A program made the position numbers and the translations under genes. From Pseudovirgaria hyperparasitica (taxonomy: Eukaryota), in the NCBI GenBank assembly GCA_010093815.1, contig ML996572.1: a DNA stretch of 52,904 bases; one strand, 5' to 3'. The notes under the pieces were generated by a model that saw only the letters and a program-made list of their open reading frames with translations, searched no databases and was not told the origin of the DNA. This document shows, one piece after another, positions 11,504 to 22,571 of this stretch. Numbering within the stretch: the first letter of the stretch is position 1; each line of letters starts with the position of its first letter.

Positions 11504-14500
11504 TATAAGACTACTTTTATAAGTATCCCTTCCCTCCTTAAAAAAACTTCTATCCTCTAGAAGAAGATATTAATTCTAGGGAAACATAAATATTCTTCTC
11601 TATTAAAGTCTTGCGGAGTAGGAATTACTACTTCTACCCGGGTTCGTGTAGCGTCATCGAGGTGTTCCATAAGTTATTTATAATAGTTTTCCTTATCGCT
11701 ACTCTCCTTATTTTCCTTGGTAATTCTTCTAATTAGTAGTCGCGAGGGCTCGTTATAACTCTTATTACTTATATTTCTCATGAAATATTTCTTTAATCTA
11801 TGGCTAGGAAACGTCCCTCTAAGCATGGCTCTATTAAGCTCCGCGAGCTTATAAGTGTAATTAAACACGGACTAGATTCTATATGGCCCTCTCTAATACT
11901 ACCTTAGCTTCCGCCCTATATCCTTCTATTACTACGAGTCGTATAGAAGGATAATTATATTAACTAGTAACGACTCTTAACGAAGGTAATGGTTATTATT
12001 CTATGCCTCTCTCGATTCCTCACGCGTTCGTGTTACGTAGATATAGGCCTCCTTAAGATCCTCGGATCTTCTCTTAAGTTATCTAGCTTAAAGAGCGAGT
12101 AAGTCGGACGTTAATCGCACCTCGTCCTAAGGGAGTATTTAGAGCGACTCGAATTCGACTTTAATAGATATAATTAGTTTATGGCCGAGCACGAGGTATA
12201 TAGTACTATACCCTATACTAGTACGTGTCGTTATTCTATCTACCTAGACGACCGCATAGAGGTGGCCGGGCTAGTTCTTAAATCCGCTATTAGTTATCTT
12301 CGCGAGAGTATTAGCGAGTAGTATAAAACTTCTCTTAATAATTCTATTTACTCAGGGATTATACATAGACGTAACCTTCTAATAAATTCTATAGAGTCAG
12401 AGGAGCTCCTCTATAGCACCTATATTTTCTCTACTACCATTATAGGTGATTTTAGGAATGATTCTATATCTATAGATTACGTTCTTAAAGAGGAACTTTA
12501 CGATAACTATGGACGTGGCCGCCGTACATGCCTCCGCCTTAGTCTATCCGCTTAGCTATTCTTATATAGATACTACTTTACTATACCCTATAGAAGGTAG
12601 TAGCGTCGTTACGTCTAAGTATATTCTTTACTAAAGAATAGGCGTTATAACATGGTGGAGCCCTTTATTAAGACCTCTAAGGAGTTTACTTCGTCGTTAA
12701 TATTTATTATAGGTTTTCACGTGCTATCGCACGTCTCTACGTATACCTACCTACTAATACTTATTCTTAATTCTTCCGAGGGTCCCTTTACTACCTCTAT
12801 AATCTATCTTATTATAAGTAGCGGTAATTATACACGCCCTAGTATTCGGATCCTTAATTACTCGTGTATGTTAGCGATACCTATCTTCTCTCTACTAGAG
12901 TATTTGGTCACGCATAAGGAACTTTAGATAGTCGGTTATAAAGGCCTTATACGCTCGGTCGGTTAGATTAGTTAGCCTCTTAAGTATAGTAAGGTATTTC
13001 GTAATCCTCTACTATTTATTACTATATTTATCTATTAAGGGAGACTTAATGGCGGTATAGTCGAGTGTCCCTATCGTGTAATCTCTTCTACTAACGGGCT
13101 TAATTAACGACGTCTCTAGCACGTCTATATATAGAGCTATGTCTATAAACTCGTCTAGGTTAAAGGTAGAGATGTCTAGTGGTTCTTCTCCTTCGTATAT
13201 CCGTAAGATACTATCGGTGACTACGTTACGCTTCCTAGGTACGTGCCTAACTATAAAGTTCTATAGCTAAATCCACGCGAGCCACCTAGTAACGAGCGCC
13301 CCTAGTAAGTTAGTTACGGTATAGTTAATTTAAGCGACTAGAGTATTCGCGTCTATTTCTATAATAAAGTGCGTGCTATAGAGATATTACTAGAACTTCT
13401 ATAACGCGTGGAGGAGGGCTCGGTACTCTAGCTTCACGGTATCGTAGTTTCTCTTAGCTTTTAACTATATTCCTCTATTATACCGCGATAGCTAATATTT
13501 ATAATTCTCGTTCTCCTATATTAACGTAGCTCCCTACCCAACGTTACTAGAGTCCACTACTAGGATTATATCTTCTGTATCTATCCCGTACCGTAACGTT
13601 GTTAGTGCGGGAGTAGTAGTTAGAGCTATCTTTAGCGCGTCTATCGAGGTCTACTCCTTAGCTATCTACTACTAGGCCGATTTATTCTTTAATAGTATAA
13701 ATAGCGGCGATGCGATAATAGCGTACCCGGGGATCTATATCCGGAAATATATATAAACGCTAAGGAAGGCTCGTATATTCGTCGTGTTTTTGTAGGGTTT
13801 CTAGTCCCTAATAGTAGTAACCTTTTTATTACTCGGTCGCCTCCCTTTAATGTCGTAGATATATCCTATAACGTTAGCGGCTTTAACATACTACTAAGTC
13901 TTCTTACTACTTAGGGCGTATCCGGCGCGCTCTATATCCGCGAGAACCTTATCCACGTTAATTAAATATTCTAGGATATACCTACGAATTCTAGGTAGGG
14001 CCTCCTTAGAGTTATATTTTATTATAGGTCCTTTAATGCCTAAGTCATCTAGGAATAGTAGAGCCCTCTCCGGGATATGTTCTTATATAATAGTTAATAT
14101 AATCCTAACGAACTAAGCTACTAAATTAGTAGCCCCTTAAGGTAATATTATCCCGTGTAGTAATCCTAGGGGCGTTATAAACCCCGTTAAGTCTTAGTAA
14201 TGCTCTACTAATAGAATCTAATCATATTCTAAGAAGAAGTCGGTAAATGTTAAGACGGCTATCCCCGTAAAGTGCTCCGAGAACTCTTTATATAAGGGCG
14301 GCGTGGCCGTATCACGAATGGTAACTTAGTTAATTTCTATCGCCGAATTAATTAACCTATAATCTCGTTCCTTATTAGCTTCCTTCTTCTTTTCTATAAG
14401 AAAATAGACGTTTTAATAAGGACTACTATAGGGCTCGAGCCTTCCGCTATTAAGACGCTCTTTTAGAATCGTAAGTACCTTCCTATAAAGGGCTCTAGAA

Positions 14501-15191
14501 ATGTTAAAGTTCTTGGTCTACTATACCTTATGTTCTACCGTTCGGATCTCCTACGGAGGTACCACCTCTTCGTTAAATTTACTAAGGTATAAGAATTTCT
14601 ATGCTAGTACTTTCTCGCGATATAATAAGATTATATATAGTAACTTAAGTTCCGCGGGACGTAGCTCTATTCTAATCTTTAGCTAACTTATACGTAGAGG
14701 CGTTAGACGTGTTCCTAGCGGGATAGTTACCCTTCGAGGCTCTATTAGTCTATTAAACACGTTAAGGCCTAGATAGACGGCTAGAAGAAGTGTCTACCGT
14801 GCGATTACTTATTTACGCTAGTCTAGATACCCTAATGGATTTCTAGGAACCTTTCGGTGGGCTTCGGAGTTATCCACGGGGTGTACTTTAACTCCCTTTC
14901 TTTTATATATAGTAGCTATACTAAATCCCTTTAATACCCCGGATGAATACCGTCTTTAGAGGCCGGTAGAGCCTACTATAAGCCGTTCTATTATCGTGCC
15001 TTATTTATATACGAAGGTAGCGTACCTTACCGCCATAACTAGGGCGGCTAAGTTATCTTTTCTCGATAACTAAGTAATATTTTTAGGCCGGATTTTCTCG
15101 GAAAGTAACTCTATATAACTTATTTCTATATCCATATAAAAATATAGCCTATCCCCTTTATTAGTGGGTTTACCGGACCCTATTTAGTACG

Positions 15192-15226
15192 GATTATTAG
15201 TTAAGGGTAGCCCTTAACTAATAATC
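15192..15226. repeat. Shared palindrome copy 2, between protease and RT
   Basis: gattattagttaaggg-tag-cccttaactaataatc, perfect 16-bp arms. Confidence 0.95.
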
Positions 15227-17908
15227 TAGCTTAACTCCGGCTTCCGGCGACATGCTCCGCTATATAGTTAGTCTCTAGCCACGGAGTTACCCTCCTTCTC
15301 TAAGACTAGAATATACTTATCCGGACTAGTTTCGAAGGTTATACATTCTTATCTATATACGGAGTAGACTATTAAGAGTACTTACCTAGAGGCTAACCTC
15401 TATACCGTAAGTAAGGCCTATCTAGTATATAGCTCCCCTAGGATAAGGTTATAATTAAGTTCTCTATATATAAATATTAAAGTGGCCGTAACGATCCGAC
15501 CTATATAGATAGGGTATTACTATACTATTCCCACGAATAGAGTACTATACTAAGTAGCGCTAACTAAACTCGAGTTCTTTATATATAGTAGAAGCGAAGA
15601 TATCGCTAGCCTAAGACGCCTCGTAGCATCTAGTTAAATACTATTTATCTATGCGCCACTATCGAATAGTACTATACTAGTCGCCCTTTTAGGACTAACT
15701 TCTATAGGGTATCTTAGACACTTAGCTACTAGCCTTACTATCTCTTCCTTAAGCTAATTAATATCTTATTACGTAATAGCTATCCCCGTAGTATAGAGGG
15801 GTACTAATACGTTAAGTTTATTTATCTCGGGAGCTATTATATGGTCGTTTCTTCCTTTCTTCTCGGCTCTCTCTTCTTAAGCCTTATAGACCTCTCTAGC
15901 TATAAAGTCGGGAGCGCCCTTCTTAAATACCGCACGACGTAAGTCGCTATTAAGGCTTAATAGTTCGCTAATAGTAATGTTCATGGTTATCTCTAGAACG
16001 CGCACCAGCCATACTTCGCTAGCTTCTATGCTTAGCCGCTATCCTTCGCGTAGATAGTTATTAAGCTTAACGCCTTAGATACGTGCCTTTTAACTAGAAT
16101 TTAGGCTATCCCCTTTATCTATCTTATCCTCTAGCGCCGTTAGCTCTTATTTAGACGTTCCCTAGTCGCTACTCTTCTCGCCGTCCTCCTATTCCTTAAT
16201 AATCCTTATATACTACCCTTCATGCATTCTACGGAGACGGGCGATCTTTCTTTTCTTAGTACGATTAGGTATACTCTTTATAATCCCCCTTCTAGATATT
16301 ACGAGCATAGCGGGCTCTTCTAGAGCCATCTCCTCGTGGATATATCTATTACTAGCTACGTCGAAGCGTTCATAGAATTCTATATATCTATCTTTCTTAC
16401 TCTTGGGCGACGTGACTTCTTCTTCTAAATCGCTATCCGCTAAGGCCTAGTAGGGACCCTTTATAGATTTTATACTAATACTATATACTAGCACTCCCTA
16501 TAAAGCGTTAATATTTACTACGGACGTAGAAACCTTCACTCCTCCTCCGTACTAGCTTAGGCCGTTTTAAACCGTTACTACGTAGTTCCGGATAGCTTAT
16601 AGAGTAGCTTATGGCCCTACCGAGGAGGGTAGTAATAGAATTTCTTCTCCGTTCGTCCTAAAACGCCCTTAGAATACTCGCACCCTATTAATATTTAGTA
16701 ATCCGTCTCTAATGTATCCTACTATCTCTAGACATCTATATATTAGGTAATCTCCTCTATATATAATATATATAATTAGTCTTCGAGGTCTATTCTAGGC
16801 TATAACGCCTTCTTAGGAGTCTCGGGTAGAGACGTATTCTCTATTCTATATATAATTCTATAGATAAACTTACGTTAGTTCTATAGATATACCTTATACT
16901 TAGAGATATACTAAAAGATTTAGCCTTCGCGCCTACTAGTTAATAATGGCCGAAAGTAGCTTAGGTTCGTACTTCTTAAGGGATGGGAATAAGAGATTAG
17001 AGGTAAAGTAGAACTTCATCTTAATTAACGTGAGGTCTAGTTTACTAAATCTCTCTACCATCTTATTAAACTTATCCGATTCTAGCGCGACGTGTACTAC
17101 GACTAGAGAGGGGTGGTTAAATTCATTAGTTCTTCTTTCTTCATGTGACTACTCTTCTAAGCCGGTCTTCTTACTCTCTATCTTTAATTTATGGTATATG
17201 GCTATAGCTAGCTCTTATACGGCTAAGTACTTATTAATACGAGCTAGTTTCTTAAGTGCTCTAGCCTTTCGTGATACGAAGCTATAGATAATTACCTAGT
17301 CGTAACTATGTACTTCTATCGTAAGTTAACATTTCTCTATAGCCCGAGCCTTAAGACTATTAGGTAGCCCTTCTAGGAAGAGCTCTATTCGCGAATACGA
17401 GCTTAGGCTTCCTTTAGCCGTAAGTTTCTCCGTGATAATATAATACTAGGAGTAGTATATGGGGAGAGAGTAGGATGGGTCTACTTTAACCATTTCCACG
17501 TATTTTCGGATAAAGTAGATGGTACCTTCCTTAAGGGCAGAGTTAAATGGAGAGAATTCCTTTAATAATTCTTCACGTAGCGTGGCCTACTACTATTTCT
17601 AAAACCTACTTATTCCTTTAATAGTAGGATAGAGATAGTCCTTATAGTATGACGGTAGGGAGGTTATCTTCTTATTAGGCGGAACTTTATAGTTTATATA
17701 TATGTCCTTATACTTCTAAAGGAAGGCCGTAATGTTTATTCCTTTAAAGCGCTTAGGGGCTAGAATAGATAGAGGTACTATCCTTCCTTATCGCGTAAAT
17801 GCTATGAAGAAGTTAAGTATCTCTCTACGAGTTACTAGGTTATTATTTTAAGCTCCTATTATACTATTACTAGTAGTAGGTATACTAGTAGAGACGCTAG
17901 GGGTAAGG

Positions 17909-17936
17909 TTATTAGTTAAGGGATTACCTTAACTAA
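17909..17936. repeat. Shared palindrome copy 3 (degenerate), near the gag start
   Basis: Exact left arm ttattagttaaggg, then atta-ccttaactaa. Confidence 0.8.
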
Positions 17937-18419
17937 AGGTTAGCCTAATGCGTCTACCTATAACACCTATCATCCCTTCTCCATGTTAACTAATCCCTTT
18001 ATAAGGTAAACTATTACTATCGTCTTTATCGATATAAGGTTCACGGTATCCTACTTATATTATTATCTTCGTGTAAGGCGTTCCTAAAGTAGTATACTCG
18101 TATAGCCGTGTTTATAAATAACAGCTATAGTAGTACTAAATAGATTATATTTATCGTTTTTAAACTCTTCTTTACTACTTCATCTAGCCCTATTTTATAT
18201 CCTATTCCCCTAAGACATTTTCGAGTCGTGCTATCACCCGTGTTAGCATGCGTATACTTTTTACAGCTACTTTTAAGAGGCTAGCCCCTAGCGACTCCGG
18301 ACTCCCTATTTTCCGGACTCGTAGCTTCGATCTAGTAAATCTAGACTACCTTATTAGGCACGCTATATACTTCCCCTAAGCTAGTTTCGGAGTCCTAATC
18401 TCCCCCTATAAGTTCGTAG

Positions 18420-18436
18420 TCCGGGTATAACCTCTA
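18420..18436 (-). promoter_or_regulatory. Primer binding site, probably tRNA-Gln
   Basis: Plus strand tccgggtataacctcta resembles a RIP-altered fungal tRNA-Gln 3' end (..CCGGG..ACCT-CCA), 4 nt from the 5' LTR. Confidence 0.65.
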
Positions 18437-18440
18437 AAAT

Positions 18441-18761
18441 TATGGTAAGCTATCGCCACGAGTGTCCCTTTTATAAATGGCTATGTTCCTAGTATAGTAG
18501 TCGCGACGAACTCATAAGTATCTCTCCTAGGTATTATAAGTTCTCTTTGAACGCACGACTTCTTATTAGTTCTCTTTTATAATAGGACGGGTCTATATAA
18601 TACTCTTAATNNNNNNNNNNNNNNNNNNNNNNNNNNNNNNNNNNNNNNNNNNNNNNNNNNAGTAGAATGACCAAGGAAAACGCCCTCCTTAAATATATAA
18701 TGAAGCCATGTAATCGAGCTAGGGACACATACATATAGGGCTGTAGGAGCGGCCTTCCACA
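18441..18761 (-). repeat. 5' LTR of element A (contains a 50-N gap)
   Basis: Matches 7373-7744 apart from transitions and the gap. Confidence 0.95.
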
Positions 18762-19250
18762 CTATATTAGTAAGCTTAATGTTTCTATACTTAGTAAGTA
18801 TTTATACTACCTACTAGTAATATAATTCACTAATATATATAGGTACTACGTCTATATATATAAGCGAAAATATTAGTATATTTACTAGCCGGCCTAAGTA
18901 CGTCCGAATTAAATAAGGTATATAGATTATTTAGATTAACTAAGTTAGATTCTCCGTGTATTCTACTAGTATTAGCTTCGTAGGTCTATAAAGGATAAGA
19001 TCTAATAGTTACTAGTTTTATAGTATTAGTAGACTAATACTTACGTAAGAAGACGTGGCCGTAGATAAGTATAAGATATTATTACTATAGATAATATTAG
19101 CCTATAGTATATATATATACTTTAATTTTAGACTATTTAGAGGTTAAGGCTAGACTTACCGCGTTAGGTAAGGCAATCGAAAGTATAAGAATATAAGCCT
19201 TAGACCTAGGAAAAGAAGATATAGCTATAGTAGAGATAGCTATATCTAAT
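18762..19250 (+). pseudogene. SNF2-family helicase pseudogene, 3' part after the LTR insertion
   Basis: Continues across TSD CTAT; intron-like gtaag..ctaat..tag at ~18793-18842; motif VI-like R-x-H-R-x-G-Q-x-x-P-V after RIP correction at ~19075-19120. Confidence 0.6.
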
Positions 19251-19449
19251 ATACTAGTAATAGGCGTACGCTTTAATTCTATAGAAATATAGTAGTATAG
19301 AAGTAAGTAAGGTAGTTAGTTAATTAGCTTCTAAGAGACTAGATAGTATAGTAGTATAAATATAAACCGCTATTTACTCGTAATTATATATCTATATATA
19401 TCTATACGTGAAGAGAAATAAGATATTTATTCTATACTATTATATAGTA

Positions 19450-19755
19450 GGATATTACTATATATGCCGGTATATAACGGAATATTCTAATATACGCCGG
19501 TATATTATAGAATATTCCTAGATACTTAAAGTATAGTCGTAGTATAAAGTAGTATTACTATTATATACCGGCATATAGTAGAACGTTACTATATATACCG
19601 GTATATAACGGGATCATGTTCCGACATACTATACGCCGCTAGTATATTATAGAATATTTCTAGATACTTAAAGTATAGTCGTAATATAAAGTAGTATCGC
19701 TATACTATACCGGTATTTAGTAGAACGTTACTATATATACCGGTATATAACGGGA
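19450..19755. repeat. Duplicated ~140-bp unit with multiple tat(a/g)ccggtatata motifs
   Basis: 'tagatacttaaagtatagtcgta' and 'gtagaacgttactatatataccggtatataacgggat' each occur twice. Confidence 0.8.
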
Positions 19756-19784
19756 TTAAACGTTTTCTTAATATTTAATAGAAC

Positions 19785-19975
19785 GATTCTAAAAGAACCG
19801 GGATAGCTCTAGAAGAACTAGTAGGACGACTCTAGAAGAACTAGGATAACTCTAGAAGGACTAGAACGACTCTAGAAGTACCGGGACGACTCCGGGAGGA
19901 TTGGGATAACTCTAGAAGTACCGGGACCCATTTAGGATAACTTTAGAAGTACTAGAAGACCTAGAAGTATTAGGA
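19785..19975. repeat. About 20-bp degenerate tandem repeat (gactctagaagaactaggac-like)
   Basis: ctctagaag core recurring about every 20 bp. Confidence 0.75.
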
Positions 19976-20019
19976 GCGTCATATCTTTTCTAATGTAAGT
20001 ATTCTATTTATACTAAACG

Positions 20020-20160
20020 TTCTATTTATACTAAACGTTCTATTTATACTAAACGTCCTATTTATACTAAATATACTAGTTATACTAAATATTCTATTTA
20101 TACTAAATATACTAGTTATACTAAACGTCCCGTTTATACTAAACGTACTATTTATACTAA
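20020..20160. repeat. 18-bp tandem repeat (ctatttatactaaacgtt), about 8 copies
   Basis: Visible tandem units. Confidence 0.9.
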
Positions 20161-22318
20161 TAGAATAATTAGTACTAGTTATTCTCTTAATACTAATTAG
20201 CTTACTAGTACTACTTATTTACTATATACTAATCACTCTCATAGAATAAATAGTATATAGTATTTTAGCTTCTCTATCTACTCTACCTACTCTATCTACT
20301 CTATATACTCTATCTATTTTAATAGAAGTCTCTTTTCTAAAGTAATATCTTTATCTAAAGTATCTCTATAACTCTATATATCTTATTATTTTAAATTATA
20401 TCTTTAGTATATTTAATTATAGTCTTTAAATTTAATACTAGAAAGATAGTATATAATAGAGAGTAGAGGTTAAAAATTAATTAGACTAGGAACTTAAATT
20501 AAATAGTACTATTCTAAGCTCTCTCCGACTATATAGCTATAATAAAATATAGTAGACCTTTCTTTCTTCTATCTTTAGAAGGTATCCTTTATCTATTAAA
20601 AGATATTCTTATCTAGAACTATCTTTAATAACCTTTTCTTCTACTAGATACTTCCCTCTATATTTCTAGTTACTATTTTTATTCTCTTTTATATTATCTA
20701 TTCGGCCTCGTGGTAGTCTATATAGTTCTCTAGCTATATACTAATATCCGACTTCTCTTAAAAGTATATACTCTTTATATATAGATTAAAGACCCGACTT
20801 AAACGTCCGCTACTATCTAACTTTATTTTAATTTAAGTATTAGTCGGGGTAGATAGACTACTAGTTAAGGTAGCTATAACTAGAGATAATAAGTTAGTAA
20901 TAGACTTATTTATACTATATATATATATATATACTATTATTTACTATTCCTATAGTTACTTAGAGTAGATCTATACTTAATATCTAAGATAGTATAATCT
21001 TATCCGTAGCTACTACTAGTAGTATAGAACTCTTATCTATATCTAATAGTATATAAGATAATTTAAGGTACTTATCTAACTAGTTTAGAGTATCTAACTT
21101 ATTCTTTTTATAGTAGTTAGTATCTATATAGCCTCTATAACTTTAGTATATACTTATATTATCTAATAGCTTAGACTTCTTACTCTTATCTAAGTTATCT
21201 ATATTTACTTTAGAGAAGTTATCTAGGTTATCTTTATATAGATTTATATATATAGTATCTAGGTTAATTAGTATTAGTACTATAAATACTAATACTATTA
21301 GTAATTTTTAAATATAGTTAATATAGTAGGGCGCCTAGTTCGACTATATTAGGCTTAGCGCTTACTATTTCTCTATATAATTTAGTATATAATTAGATAA
21401 AAGTATATATATATATCTAGTATTAGTAGAGAGTATACGAATCTATAGTAACTAAAGAATAAGTTTAGTATCTACCCGCTACTATATTTATTAAGGGTAT
21501 GCCTTATTATAATATATATAATAGTAATTATAGATAGTAGGATTAGTTGGAATATACTACTATAGTACTCCTTTAATCTAAGGAATCTTAGAGACTATAG
21601 TAGAACTAACTTTAGAGCCTTAATTACTACTAGCTCTATAAATATTTTCCGAGTTATACTAGTATTATACTAATAATTAGTAATATATCTAATATAATAT
21701 AAGTAATATACCTTTACTTCTATATACATGTTATTATATATTAGGTTACTTATACTAGCTTTTCTTTTCTTAGCTATCTTCTAGTTCTAGTATTTAGATA
21801 CTATCTATCTAACTCTAGAGAGGAGTTAGTAATAGAAGTTTATTATATCTTTCTTTACTAGCGTAATAATATAGACGGGAGATATATTTTATAAATTATA
21901 ATTAAGGTAGTAGCTACTAAGATTAATATCTCTAGCGGCTATCTAGGCTACTATCTAGCTATATATTAAGGTAATTAAATACTAGTAGTAACCGGTCTAA
22001 AAACGTTATAGTAATTAAAATCTCTATTATTATAAGATACTAGTCTTATTTATAAGACTAGAGACTATCTCTATAAGACCGCCTCTTTTTATAGATAGTT
22101 AGTTCTCTCTCTACTACTATTTCTCTATCTTCTTCTATTAAGCTAGATAGCTAATATAGTAGAGGAGAGGATATAAGACCGTAGTATCCCTAGTTACTAT
22201 TACGGTAGAATATTACTATGATATCTAAGCTATATAGAGCGTTACTACTATATTTACTACTAGTATATCTAGACTACTAGTTTATTAGTAGATAAATAAA
22301 CACGTTAAGATAAGCTAG

Positions 22319-22533
22319 TATTAAGGGTAGACCCTAGGTATACTTAACGCTAGCGTACTACGCCTACGCTACTACTCTCTCCTCGCTTAATAAAGCTAAG
22401 TAAGCCCCTTTTCAATAGCGTACTCCGTCCCTTATCTTAAGGAAGCTAAGTAGACTCTAGCTTCCTCCCTTATTAAACTTACTATATTCTATAAATACTC
22501 TTATATCTATATATATATTGTATTTCCGTAATA
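22319..22533 (+). repeat. 5' LTR of element B
   Basis: Direct repeat of 29368-29582; RIP-altered TG..CA ends. Confidence 0.95.
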
Positions 22534-22571
22534 TTAAGTTTAATTCTATTTTACTCTCTAAGTACTTTACT

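Larger units (their letters stand above)
11640..17990 (-). pseudogene. gag-pol of element A (RIP-inactivated)
   Basis: Gag FKGINITAFL (~17740), protease LFDSGA (~15660), YKRKGVKVHPV (~14890), RT FLDDLGIKGP (~14040), RNase H VDSSNVG*GATL (~13540), integrase FKNVI..YNPE (~12350-12500); no chromodomain seen. Confidence 0.9.
7373..18761 (-). mobile_element. Full-length Ty3/gypsy LTR retrotransposon A (non-chromovirus, probably Ylt1-like) with extra gene
   Basis: Direct LTRs TG..CA, 4-bp TSD CTAT (7369-7372, 18762-18765), gag-PR-RT-RH-INT order on minus strand, PBS and PPT. Confidence 0.95.

Noticed and set aside
12652..17287. Plus-strand ORFs 12652, 14501 and 17030 (likewise 36436, 45752, 45909, 48621)
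   Set aside because: Antisense shadows of retroelement coding regions
19785..20160. CRISPR-like or telomeric array
   Set aside because: Contiguous tandem units without unique spacers in eukaryotic RIP DNA; no TTAGGG tract
20861..20883. Further palindrome copies (ctagttaaggtagctataactag; also the LTR B start at 22319)
   Set aside because: Short partial matches needing indels; expected by chance in RIP sequence
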